A DNA stretch of 47,156 bases from a virus (IMGVR_UViG_3300048892_000092:1-47156), one strand, 5' to 3'. Positions 37,302-45,347 are shown, numbered from the stretch's first letter. Translations and numbers: made by a program. Notes: generated from the sequence alone by a model not told the origin.

Positions 37302-37858
37302 CAGAACGGGATGTCGTCGTCGGTGAAGAGCGGGCGCAGATCATCCTGGGCAGAGACGGCGCGCGGCTCGGAGGGCTCGGGCGGCAGCGGCGTCGTGAAC
37401 AGCCAGCGGCCCCAGACGAGCGCCATCTGCTGCGCCGTGCTGAAGTTCTGCTGCTCCGAGGGCAGCAGCGGCAGCATCCCGACCGCGAGCTTCGCCCCGG
37501 CCGCGAGCGAGATCCTCCAGGCCGTCGCCGGGTCGGTCGGCCGCTGCGTCTGCTGCACCAGCTCGACGCCGGGGATCGAGCCGCTCGGGCTCGGTGTCGC
37601 CTCCGGCGTCTTGACCGAGTTGAAGTAGATCGAGTCCGCGTAAGGCGCCCCGCTATGCGGGTTGATCTTGGTCGACGGCCGCCGCGTGTAGTCGATCAGG
37701 ACGACGGCGCCGGACTCCTTCGCCGCCACCGCCTCGCGCGCCCGAGCCTCGTCCTTCGTGTCGAGCCGCCCGATCTCCGGGTGGTCAGTCGAGATCCTGT
37801 ACCACTCCGAGCCGAGATCCTGCTCGATCTTGGTGATCTTTGCTTCAAACGTCGCCAC
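37301..37858 (-). CDS. Putative single-stranded DNA-binding protein
   Basis: OB-like N-terminus and C-terminal DDDIPF tail; next to the exonuclease. Confidence 0.7.
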   Translation of the reverse strand: MATFEAKITKIEQDLGSEWYRISTDHPEIGRLDTKDEARAREAVAAKESGAVVLIDYTRRPSTKINPHSGAPYADSIYFNSVKTPEATPSPSGSIPGVELVQQTQRPTDPATAWRISLAAGAKLAVGMLPLLPSEQQNFSTAQQMALVWGRWLFTTPLPPEPSEPRAVSAQDDLRPLFTDDDIPF

Positions 37859-37907
37859 CGTGCGCCTCCTCGTCGAGGGCAAGCGGCGGCGCGCTGGGGT
37901 CAGCTGG

Positions 37908-38246
37908 CTACTTCAAGTCGGGATGGTGGAACTGGGAGATGTCGAGCCCCTTGCGATCCATCGCGCCCCGCTTGTCGACGAGCCACTCGAACCGGATCCC
38001 GTAGGCGATGCAGATCCACTCCAGCTCGTTGGTCATCGGCTTGAACACGTTGCGTTCCCAGCGCGAGATGGTCTGTTGGGTCGTGCGAAGTTCTCCCTGT
38101 GAGGCCTCCCGTAAGAGGGCTGCGGCTTCAGCCTGGGTGTAACCGCGCCTGCGCCGCGCCTGTCCGAGTCTTCCCCCGAGTCGACGGCTACCTGCCCGTT
38201 TTCTAACTCGTTGCAGGGACTCTAGGGAGCCGCCGTCGGATGTCAA
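37908..38246 (-). CDS. XRE-family HTH regulator (repressor/Cro-like)
   Basis: RLGQARRRRGYTQAEAA...QQTISRWERN...P; TTG start uncertain. Confidence 0.8.
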   Translation of the reverse strand: MTSDGGSLESLQRVRKRAGSRRLGGRLGQARRRRGYTQAEAAALLREASQGELRTTQQTISRWERNVFKPMTNELEWICIAYGIRFEWLVDKRGAMDRKGLDISQFHHPDLK

Positions 38247-38284
38247 GACGCCACATCCCTTGTGCCCCTAGTGACAATGGGCAC

Positions 38285-38346
38285 ATACATCACTAAGAGG
38301 GCCAAATACATCACTAAGAGCCCGAAATACATCACCCATACATCAC
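38285..38346. repeat. Phased ATACATCAC repeats (operator/iteron-like)
   Basis: Copies at 38285, 38306, 38327 and 38338; the first two extend to ATACATCACTAAGAG. Confidence 0.85.
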
Positions 38347-38598
38347 ATGTAAGGATTCTCTGAACCTTGATTGTGACATTGGTGACAGCCACCTTCTCCC
38401 TCCTCGCCTAGAGGGTGAAGGCCTCAGTCCCCCGGGTGGGCGAGACTGAGCCGCAGAGCCTGCCTCCCCCCGATTGAGCCTGCAGTACTACCCGCTCCGT
38501 TCACCGGATTGACACCAGGCAGGCGGCTGTTACCTGCACAGAGCGAGAAATTCGTCTCTAGACTGCGGCCGGGGGGAGAGGCTGGCTGCGAGGAGGCG

Positions 38599-39291
38599 AT
38601 GTCCGCCCTCGCAGAGCACGTCGAGCGGGTGAGGCTGCTGCTCGGCTCGATGAACGACTGGGTGCCGACGCCGGTCGACCCGATCGAACCAGACTCCGGC
38701 CCGGCCGCGAGCCGCTACGTGCCGTGCGAAACCTGTCGCTCCCGCGGCGAGGTGCGCACGCGCGGCGGCTGGACACTCTGCCTCGGCTGCGACGGTGAAG
38801 GCTGGCGCCGCCGCGAGCCCGGCGAGCGGCCGTGGGACAGGTACCTGGAGCTGCCGCTGGACGAGGCCGTGAGCCTGCCTGTGACGCGCCCGAAGGCCGG
38901 TCGGGCCCAGACCTCACCCGAACCGGAGATGTTCGTCTGGGAGCGCGTGAAGGCCACCTACGACCGCCACGGCAGCTACCGGCAGATGCGGGGCGCGCTC
39001 GACTGGCTGTCGCTCCGGCACCCTCGCCGTTACCGGCTGGTGCGCACCGTGCTCGTCGACCACGAACCGCGCGCGCTCGACGAGCCCGCCCGCGTCGACC
39101 TCGATCTCGGCGTGCTGATGATCGCGCTGCGCGTGCGGACGGTGCGCGTACCGCCCTGGCTGGTCGAGCGGACGGCGGCCGACGAGCGCCGCGACGCGAT
39201 CCTGGAGCTGGCGGCGATCGGGCTTACGGCCGGGGAGATCGCCCGGCGCACGGGCATCCCGCGTGGCACGGTACGCAAACGGCTGCGTTGA
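38599..39291 (+). CDS. Zn-finger plus C-terminal HTH protein (possible late transcription regulator)
   Basis: CETCRSRG...CLGCDGEG; GLTAGEIARRTGIPRGTVRK; AGGAGG SD. Confidence 0.7.
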   Translation: MSALAEHVERVRLLLGSMNDWVPTPVDPIEPDSGPAASRYVPCETCRSRGEVRTRGGWTLCLGCDGEGWRRREPGERPWDRYLELPLDEAVSLPVTRPKAGRAQTSPEPEMFVWERVKATYDRHGSYRQMRGALDWLSLRHPRRYRLVRTVLVDHEPRALDEPARVDLDLGVLMIALRVRTVRVPPWLVERTAADERRDAILELAAIGLTAGEIARRTGIPRGTVRKRLR

Positions 39292-39366
39292 TAGGATCTC
39301 GCCATCCCGGTCACCCGTCTCGGGCTGAAAAGGGAACTCGACGGCGCCAGCGTGTCCGATTTTCCG

Positions 39367-39717
39367 ATGAGGGTGCTCGTCTGCGGCTCGCGCAGCTGGC
39401 GCGACAAGGAAGCGATCGCGCGGCGGTTGAAGAGCCTGCCCGCCGACGCGATGATCGTGACCGGCGGCGCGCTCGGCGCCGATCAGCTCGCCGACGACGT
39501 CGCCCGCGACCTCGGCCTGGAGCGCGTGATCATCCCGGCGAACTGGAACCGGCACGGCAGACAGGCGGGGATCCTGCGCAACCTGCGCATGCTCGATACC
39601 CGGCCGGAGCTGGTGCTCGCGTTCTGGAACGGTGACTCGCCCGGGACGAAGCACACGATCGGTGAGGCGCGCAAGCGCGGCATTCGGGTCGAGGTCATTC
39701 AGGTCGAGAACGAGTGA
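39367..39717 (+). CDS. SLOG-family (DUF2493/YspA-like) protein
   Basis: RVLVCGSRSW...VTGGALGAD...AGILRNLRML...LAFWNGDSPGTKHTI. Confidence 0.85.
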   Translation: MRVLVCGSRSWRDKEAIARRLKSLPADAMIVTGGALGADQLADDVARDLGLERVIIPANWNRHGRQAGILRNLRMLDTRPELVLAFWNGDSPGTKHTIGEARKRGIRVEVIQVENE

Positions 39718-39739
39718 CTCCACCGGAGATGGTGGAGGA
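39718..39739. terminator. Hairpin between convergent genes
   Basis: CTCCACC-GGAGAT-GGTGGAG. Confidence 0.5.
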
Positions 39740-39745
39740 TCCTCC

Positions 39746-39901
39746 TCAGTGCGTGTGCGCGAGCGCGTCCTGGCAGGCGATCTGGATGTCTTCCAGAACG
39801 AGCCAGGGGTCGGCGTCGGCGTCATCGTTGGCTGCCTCGACCATCCGAACGATGCGTAGCAGCATCTGCTCGTACAGGGTGATCGTGTCGGCGGCGTTCA
39901 T
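39746..39901 (-). CDS. Small acidic protein (51 aa), array cargo
   Basis: MNAADTITLYEQMLLRIVRMVEAANDD...; ATGA overlap. Confidence 0.6.
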   Translation of the reverse strand: MNAADTITLYEQMLLRIVRMVEAANDDADADPWLVLEDIQIACQDALAHTH

Positions 39902-40092
39902 GAGTGCTCTTCCAGGCGCGTGATGCGCTCGCCGAAGGCGATCAGGACGCCCTCGATCCGGTCGAGGCGCGTGTCGATGCGATCGAGCACACGGTCGATC
40001 GAGTCGAGCGCGCGCACGACCCAGAACGTCTGGATCCCGACCAGGCCGAACAGCCCGGCCAGGATCGTGATCGTTCCTACGGTGGTGCTCAT
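39898..40092 (-). CDS. TM plus coiled-coil protein (64 aa), array cargo
   Basis: Preceded by a repeat unit; LDRIDTRLDRIE heptads. Confidence 0.75.
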   Translation of the reverse strand: MSTTVGTITILAGLFGLVGIQTFWVVRALDSIDRVLDRIDTRLDRIEGVLIAFGERITRLEEHS

Positions 40093-40135
40093 GTTCCTCC
40101 TTGGTTGACCGAGGACGAGACTAGCTCGTCCCCCT

Positions 40136-40327
40136 CTAACGGAGCAGCAGGTAGCCGACGCCCGCGACGGCGCCGATCCAGAGCCACGACCCGACGAGGA
40201 ACAGCGGGAAGACGAGCCACTCGGGCAGTCGCTCCCACCAGTTCGAGTCGTCGAGGCGGGTGAGCACGATCGCGGCGGGGACGCCGATCGCGACGGCGAA
40301 CAGCGCGATGATCACGATGTTGCTCAT
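40136..40327 (-). CDS. Two-TM membrane protein (63 aa), array cargo
   Basis: MSNIVIIALFAVAIGVPAAIVL...WLVFPLFLVGSWLWIGAVAGVGYLL. Confidence 0.7.
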   Translation of the reverse strand: MSNIVIIALFAVAIGVPAAIVLTRLDDSNWWERLPEWLVFPLFLVGSWLWIGAVAGVGYLLLR

Positions 40328-40596
40328 GACTTCTTCCTCGCCTTGTTCCAGCGCTCGATGTCGACGCGCCGCCAGACCGGCCCGGAGGCCAGCTCGGCGA
40401 TCGGGACGGGCAGCTTGTTGCGCGAGCGCATCGAGCGCAGCAGCCCTCGCTCGATCCCGGTCAGCGCCGAGGCCTCGACGAGGCCGACCAGCGGCGCCTC
40501 GACGGGCTCCTCGACGGCGGTCGCGAGGCGGTCGAGCTGCTCGGCGCACTCGTCCAGCTCGCGCCGGATGCGCCGCAGCTTCTCTGCGGTGTTCAT
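40324..40596 (-). CDS. AlpA/MerR-like HTH DNA-binding protein, array cargo
   Basis: LVGLVEASALTG...RNKLPVPIAELASGPVWRRVDIERW. Confidence 0.75.
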   Translation of the reverse strand: MNTAEKLRRIRRELDECAEQLDRLATAVEEPVEAPLVGLVEASALTGIERGLLRSMRSRNKLPVPIAELASGPVWRRVDIERWNKARKKS

Positions 40597-40641
40597 GTTC
40601 CCTCCTTTGGTGGTTGACCGAGAGCGCCTCGCGGCGCCCCC

Positions 40642-40929
40642 TCAGAACACGACGAGGTCTTCGTCGTACAGGTGGATCGGGTAGGCCGTGCCGCACGGAT
40701 CCGTGTGGCGGAATTCGGGGTCGTCGGTGAAGTCGACCGCGCAGCGCGCGATGTACTTGACCGTGCCGACGTGCCCCTGCAGGGCCTCGATGCGGTAGGT
40801 GTTGTTGCCGCAGCCGTCGCACTGCTCGGCGCCGATGAAGCCGCCGACGAGACCGGCGAGGTCGTCGATGTTCTCGGCGACGAAGTGCGGCGGGTCGATC
40901 GAGCGCGGCTGGAATGCACGAACTGACAT
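40642..40929 (-). CDS. Cys-containing hypothetical protein (95 aa), array cargo
   Basis: CDGC...C...CG; preceded by a repeat unit. Confidence 0.75.
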   Translation of the reverse strand: MSVRAFQPRSIDPPHFVAENIDDLAGLVGGFIGAEQCDGCGNNTYRIEALQGHVGTVKYIARCAVDFTDDPEFRHTDPCGTAYPIHLYDEDLVVF

Positions 40930-40965
40930 GGTTCCTCCTTGTGTTTGGTTGACCGAGAGAGCGCG

Positions 40966-41118
40966 TCAGCGCTCCCCCTCTTGCAGCAGGTACTCGACGC
41001 ACGGCTCGCACAGGCAGCGCGTCCACGTCCCCGGCCGCTCGAACCAGCACCACGACCGCTCGGTGAAGTGGCTGCAGTGCTCGCAGCGCTTGCGCCCGGC
41101 GACGAGCTGCCAGGCCAT
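40966..41118 (-). CDS. Zn-finger micro-protein (50 aa), array cargo
   Basis: CEHC...CLCEPC; TGATG coupling. Confidence 0.65.
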   Translation of the reverse strand: MAWQLVAGRKRCEHCSHFTERSWCWFERPGTWTRCLCEPCVEYLLQEGER

Positions 41119-41318
41119 CAGACGCGGGTGGCCGGGAACGTTTCGAGCACCGCCGAGTACTTGCTGGTCGGGTTGCCCGTCGTCAGCCAGACGCTGTTCG
41201 CGCGCATCCGATCGGCGCGCTCCTGGGCCAGCTTGCGGGCCGCGGCGATGTCGTCCCCGACCGAGATGATCTCGGACAGATGCCCGGTCAGGACTGACCG
41301 GGTGGCGATGTACAGCAT
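41118..41318 (-). CDS. Hypothetical protein (66 aa), array cargo
   Basis: Preceded by a repeat unit. Confidence 0.7.
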   Translation of the reverse strand: MLYIATRSVLTGHLSEIISVGDDIAAARKLAQERADRMRANSVWLTTGNPTSKYSAVLETFPATRV

Positions 41319-41351
41319 GTTTCCTCCTTGTGGTTGACCGAGGTGCGGCCG

Positions 41352-41585
41352 TCAATGACGGCCGCACTGGCAGTCAGCCTGCGTGGTGCAAGCCGCCGCC
41401 TGGAAAGCGAAGAAGTCGTCCACGATCTCGTTCATCGCGGACAGGGCCTCGGCCTTCTCGACCGAGCGAAACTCGCGGCAATCGCAGCCGCGGATGCAGC
41501 AGGCGAACGTCTCGCCTGCCGGGTTGTGGGACACGATGGCGTGCCCACAGGTGCAGTAAATGTTCCCGCTCTTCAACGGGATCAC
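41352..41585 (-). CDS. Cys/His-rich protein (77 aa), array cargo
   Basis: CTCGH...H...CCIRGCDC...CQC; GTG after a repeat unit. Confidence 0.7.
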   Translation of the reverse strand: MIPLKSGNIYCTCGHAIVSHNPAGETFACCIRGCDCREFRSVEKAEALSAMNEIVDDFFAFQAAACTTQADCQCGRH

Positions 41586-41611
41586 CTCCCTTTGGTTGAC
41601 CGAGGTGCGCG

Positions 41612-41791
41612 CTACTGGAGCGCGTACCCCTCCTCGACGAGCGCGGCGACGATGTCGCCGACGTAGCGCGGCTCGACGACAAGCGCGCCGCCGAACCAGG
41701 TGCCGTCGGTGTGCTCGATGAGCCACGCTTGCACGTCGTCGGTGTGCGGCCGGATGAGCATGATCGAGCCGTGGTTCTCGATGTCGAACAT
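41612..41791 (-). CDS. Hypothetical protein (59 aa), array cargo
   Basis: MFDIENHGSIMLIRPHTDDVQAWL...VEPRYVGDIV; not in the ORF track. Confidence 0.7.
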   Translation of the reverse strand: MFDIENHGSIMLIRPHTDDVQAWLIEHTDGTWFGGALVVEPRYVGDIVAALVEEGYALQ

Positions 41792-42036
41792 CAGCTGGCC
41801 CTCGACAGGTCGATCCCGACCATCATCGCGTGCAGGAAGTCGGCGATCTCGCGCTTGCTCCCGGCCGTGATCGTGCGCAGGCAGGCGTCGAAATGGCCTT
41901 CGCTGTTGACGCTGTACTCGTCGAGCGCGACGTAGCCGTTGCGCTGCTCGACGACGACGCTCCGACCGCTGCCGAGCAGGCGGCGGTTGACGTTGATCGC
42001 ACGCTCGTTGAGCGTGACGATGTTGATCCGTTCCAT
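41791..42036 (-). CDS. Hypothetical protein (81 aa), array cargo
   Basis: Preceded by a repeat unit. Confidence 0.75.
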   Translation of the reverse strand: MERINIVTLNERAINVNRRLLGSGRSVVVEQRNGYVALDEYSVNSEGHFDACLRTITAGSKREIADFLHAMMVGIDLSRAS

Positions 42037-42068
42037 GATTCCTCCTTGTGTTGGTTGACCGAGGAGCG

Positions 42069-42410
42069 CTAGATGCGCTCCTCCCTCCGTGCCGGGAGCC
42101 CGATGTAGGCGTCCGGGCTCGACGAGCTGGCGACGACCTCTCGCGCCGTCTGCTCGCTGACCTCGCGGGCGCCGATCAGGCCGCTGGCGAGGCGCGGAAT
42201 GACGTACCCGTCGAGCGTCCAGCCGTGGTCGTCGTAGCCGCCGATCACGTAGAACGTGGTGGTGCGGATGATCGGCTTGGACGTGCCGTCCCAGCCGTAC
42301 TGCTTCGACTCTGCGCCCTCGCCGAGGACGGCGAAGTTGGCGGGCAGGTAGGCGGCGACTTCCTCGCGGCGCCGGGCGCCGGAAACGAATGCGAAGCGTG
42401 CATCACTCAT
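42069..42410 (-). CDS. Hypothetical protein (113 aa), array cargo
   Basis: VAAYLPANF...GYDDHGWTLDGYVIPRLASGL; ATG after a repeat unit. Confidence 0.75.
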   Translation of the reverse strand: MSDARFAFVSGARRREEVAAYLPANFAVLGEGAESKQYGWDGTSKPIIRTTTFYVIGGYDDHGWTLDGYVIPRLASGLIGAREVSEQTAREVVASSSSPDAYIGLPARREERI

Positions 42411-42454
42411 GATTCCTCCTTGGTGGTTGACCGAGCGCCCCGTGGGCGCCCTCC

Positions 42455-42715
42455 TTACCTCGCGTCGATGACGCGGCCGACGGCCTCGTACGCGATGTCC
42501 GAGATGTCGGTGGCCTTGACGTTCGCCCACTGCTCGGAGTCGAGCAGGCGGGCGGCGACGACCTCGGTCGCGTTCAGCTGGAGCCCGTCGAGGTCGTCGA
42601 TGTGGTCGTTCGTGAGCCCGTTGACGGCGCTCGCGGCGAAGCTGTCGATGCGACTGCGCCAGGCGATCTCCAGGCCGGTGACGTTCTGTTCGTATGCGAT
42701 CTCGCGATCCTGCAT
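42455..42715 (-). CDS. Acidic hypothetical protein (86 aa), array cargo
   Basis: MQDREIAYEQ...; Asp/Glu-rich. Confidence 0.75.
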   Translation of the reverse strand: MQDREIAYEQNVTGLEIAWRSRIDSFAASAVNGLTNDHIDDLDGLQLNATEVVAARLLDSEQWANVKATDISDIAYEAVGRVIDAR

Positions 42716-42768
42716 GGTGTTCCTCCTTGGGTTGGTTGACCGAGGAAGGCGCCGTGGGCGCCTCCTCC

Positions 42769-42909
42769 CTACCGCCGTGCCTGAACCTGCCGCTGCCCGC
42801 GGACGTTGTCCCGCAGGGCGCTGCGGACGTGCTCGCGCTCGCGCTCGGGCCACAGGCGTGCGAAGTGGCGCCGGAAGTGCGCGAGCGACCGTGCCTCGCT
42901 GTCGCTCAT
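42769..42909 (-). CDS. Arg-rich micro-protein (46 aa), array cargo
   Basis: MSDSEARSLAHFRRHFARLWPERERE...; lies between two repeat units. Confidence 0.65.
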   Translation of the reverse strand: MSDSEARSLAHFRRHFARLWPEREREHVRSALRDNVRGQRQVQARR

Positions 42910-42953
42910 CGTTCCTCCCTAGTGGTTGACCGAGCACCCTCGCGGGTGCCCTC

Positions 42954-43202
42954 CTAGACGAAGCTCAGGTTGAGCGGGTCGATGCCGTGCTCGACGGCGA
43001 GCGCCTTGCCCGCGTCGGTGAAGATGGCGAACGTGCAGCCCTCATCGACGAAGGTCTCGATCAGGCCGAGCTTCTTCAGGTGCGTGAGGTTGCCGCGCTG
43101 CCCGGCCGAGACCGTGACGAGCGGCGTGCCGCTCCAGTTCGAGGCGTCCTCGGCGAGGCCGAGGAACAGGTCGAGCGAGTCAGGCGTCAGTTCGATGTTC
43201 AT
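42954..43202 (-). CDS. Winged-helix-like protein (82 aa), array cargo
   Basis: RGNLTHLKKLGLIET...IFTDAGKALA. Confidence 0.75.
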   Translation of the reverse strand: MNIELTPDSLDLFLGLAEDASNWSGTPLVTVSAGQRGNLTHLKKLGLIETFVDEGCTFAIFTDAGKALAVEHGIDPLNLSFV

Positions 43203-43245
43203 GATTCCTCCTAGTGGTTGACCGAGGAGCGCGATGCGCTCCCCC

Positions 43246-43533
43246 TCAGACCCGGACGGTGCGGGTGACGCCGTTGTCGTAGGTGACCTCGGCGAACACG
43301 TTCCCGGCCTTGGTGACGCGGACGACGCGGCCGTCGTAGCGCTTGCCGTGCCGGTGGACGGCGACGGTGTCGCCGACCTTGACGAGGCCGGTCGACGTGG
43401 CGCTGATCGCGCCGTGGAAGTGCTCGGCGCACTCGCCGAACGCCTCGCCGCGCGAGCCGGTGAAGCTGTAGACGGCGGGCTTGCCGCAGGTGCCGCCGAC
43501 GGCGGTGCGGACGGTGCAGGTAGTAGCAGCCAT
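43246..43533 (-). CDS. Zn-finger plus SH3/KOW-like protein (95 aa), array cargo
   Basis: C...CGKPA...CAEH; VKVGDTVAV...GRVVRV. Confidence 0.75.
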   Translation of the reverse strand: MAATTCTVRTAVGGTCGKPAVYSFTGSRGEAFGECAEHFHGAISATSTGLVKVGDTVAVHRHGKRYDGRVVRVTKAGNVFAEVTYDNGVTRTVRV

Positions 43534-43581
43534 GGTGATTCCTCCGTTCGTTGGTTGACCGAGGCGCCGTCCGGCGCCCCC

Positions 43582-43770
43582 TCAAATCTCGTCCAGCCGC
43601 ACCCGCGACGTGTGGACGTTGTCGCCCTCGACGTCGGTGGACGCAGCGACCGTGACGTTGAACTGGCCGTAGACGCGAAGCGCCCCGGCCAGGTTCTCGG
43701 CCTGAGTCTCGGTGCGGTCGGTGGCGACGATCTCGCCCGTGCTCGCGTTGTAGACCGTGAACTTCAGCAT
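43582..43770 (-). CDS. Hypothetical protein (62 aa), first array cargo
   Basis: MLKFTVYNASTGEIVAT after a repeat unit. Confidence 0.7.
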   Translation of the reverse strand: MLKFTVYNASTGEIVATDRTETQAENLAGALRVYGQFNVTVAASTDVEGDNVHTSRVRLDEI

Positions 43771-44211
43771 GATGTGCTCCTCTGGTTGGTTGACCGACAG
43801 GGCCGCGTGAGCGGCCCCGCCAATGAGGGAGGCGGAAGCGACAGCTCGGTGACCGCATCCGGTCACCTCGCCCCACCCTTTCGACCTGTGACCGCGGCAA
43901 CGCATCCGAGTCCAGGTCGACGCCGTGAGGCGTCCTCACTGTCGTGAGTCATCAGGGTCAAGCTCGGAGCGCCGGGGTGAAGCACCGCGGCCCTCTTGGA
44001 GGAGGATCCTCCACCGGCCCTCGTACCCGGCCTCTGCAACCGAGTCCCCCTGGCCCGACGTGCGACCTGGTGAGCTTCTCCAGTGGAGCCGGAGGGCGAT
44101 ACTCCCTCTCAGACGGCCTCGGCGCTAGCCCGGCCTCGTTGCGACTGACCCCGGCCCGTTCGGCCGATCGAGAGCAAGGTAGCAGCCAGCAGCAAGGAGG
44201 CGCAACAGTCT

Positions 44212-44946
44212 GTGACAGATATCCCCCAGATGGGTCAGGAGATCGAGCCCAAGGTCGAGGCGCCCGAGGAGCGAAATCTTGAAACCGCGCCCAGCGCCAT
44301 CGAGCAAAACCCAGCAGCAGAGCCAAGCACTAACGTAGGTAGCGACCAGGTAGCAGCGATTCCATCCGAAGAGCCACCCCGCGAAGGCACGCTCGCCTGG
44401 CTGCAACAACAGCCACACGTCGACGTCCTCGGGCTCAGCCTCCCTCACTGCCACCGCGTCCCCGAAGGCAGCACACTCGCCGAGGCCAACGGCTACTGCA
44501 GGATCGTCACGCAGCGCGGACGCTGCCGTGCTCCGGCCACTCGCTTGTACGGCATCTGCGTCGTCCACGCTGGAGGAGGAGGCGCCACAGACCCCGAAGC
44601 TCTGCGGCGCATGAGCGCCAAAGGCCACGCCGCCAAGACAAGGCTCAGAATCCAGAGGCAGACACTTGGCATAGGCCCGAACAGGGTCGGGAACCCGAGG
44701 GAACATGCCAGGATTCAAGCCATGGCGAGGGCCGAGCGGCTGGCCGAAGCCTTGCTGGCGCCGCTCGACGACGAGGCCCTCAGCAGCCTCGCGCAGCAGC
44801 GCGCCGCCGTGACCGTGCTCGACGCGACTTTCCCTCTGCAGCAGGCCACGGTCGAGCTGGAGCTACCGGCCGAGGAGGCGGGCGTGCAGGCGCTCGGCTG
44901 GGAGCAGATGCAGGCCCTCGCAGCAAGGCTGCTCGACGAGCAGTAG
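44212..44946 (+). CDS. terS: Probable terminase small subunit (CCCH/HGG-type Zn finger)
   Basis: C-x8-C-x10-C-x2-HAGG, then a helical region ending in a TVELE strand; AAGGAGG SD. No other TerS candidate was seen. Confidence 0.55.
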   Translation: MTDIPQMGQEIEPKVEAPEERNLETAPSAIEQNPAAEPSTNVGSDQVAAIPSEEPPREGTLAWLQQQPHVDVLGLSLPHCHRVPEGSTLAEANGYCRIVTQRGRCRAPATRLYGICVVHAGGGGATDPEALRRMSAKGHAAKTRLRIQRQTLGIGPNRVGNPREHARIQAMARAERLAEALLAPLDDEALSSLAQQRAAVTVLDATFPLQQATVELELPAEEAGVQALGWEQMQALAARLLDEQ

Positions 44947-44966
44947 CCCTGACCAGGCCCTGACCA
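44947..44966 (-). repeat. Two further TGGTCAGGG arm-type repeats
   Basis: CCCTGACCA at 44947 and 44958, with the same 11-bp period as attP. Confidence 0.75.
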
Positions 44967-45347
44967 AGTCCCGCAAAGCCAGTGATAGAGCCAAGCGCAG
45001 CGTGACCTGATACAGCGCGAGCAGCATGCTGAGGCGTGCATGCCCAGGCACAGAGCCAAGGGCAGAGGAGCGAGCAGGCAGGGCGTGAGCGTCGAGGCAG
45101 AGAGGAACGTGCCGTGTTCCTTACCGAGGGCCGAAGGCCCTCTCAGGCGGGCGGGGGGCCGCCCTCCCCGCCGCGCGAGCGATCGACCGCGGGGCCCTTT
45201 TCCGGGCCCCAGCCCGGCCGAACATGGGGTCTCCCGGCTTGTTCACGGGGCCCTGTTACGTAACACGCGGGGCCTTCTCGGGGGGCCTGATTCGTTACTC
45301 ACACGTCCGACTTCGTGACGAATCGTCACGCGAGGGGGAATCGTCAC

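Larger units (their letters stand above)
40093..43818 (-). repeat. 12 dispersed start-associated elements: hairpin + TCGGTCAACCA + GGAGG
   Basis: Plus-strand TGGTTGACCGA at 40102, 40611, 40946, 41331, 41593, 42052, 42424, 42733, 42923, 43215, 43552 and 43787. Confidence 0.95.

Noticed and set aside
40093-43818. CRISPR array or classical integron interpretation of the repeats
   Set aside because: Spacers are 190-510 bp and protein-coding, the conserved core is only 11-12 bp, and there are no cas genes. The units lack the paired RYYYAAC/GTTRRRY boxes of attC, and the integrase looks like an ordinary phage Int with its own attP.
43879-43955. Hammerhead ribozyme (minus strand CTGATGA...CGAAA)
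   Set aside because: The helix ending at GAAA does not start directly after CUGAUGA, and stems I and III could not be built.
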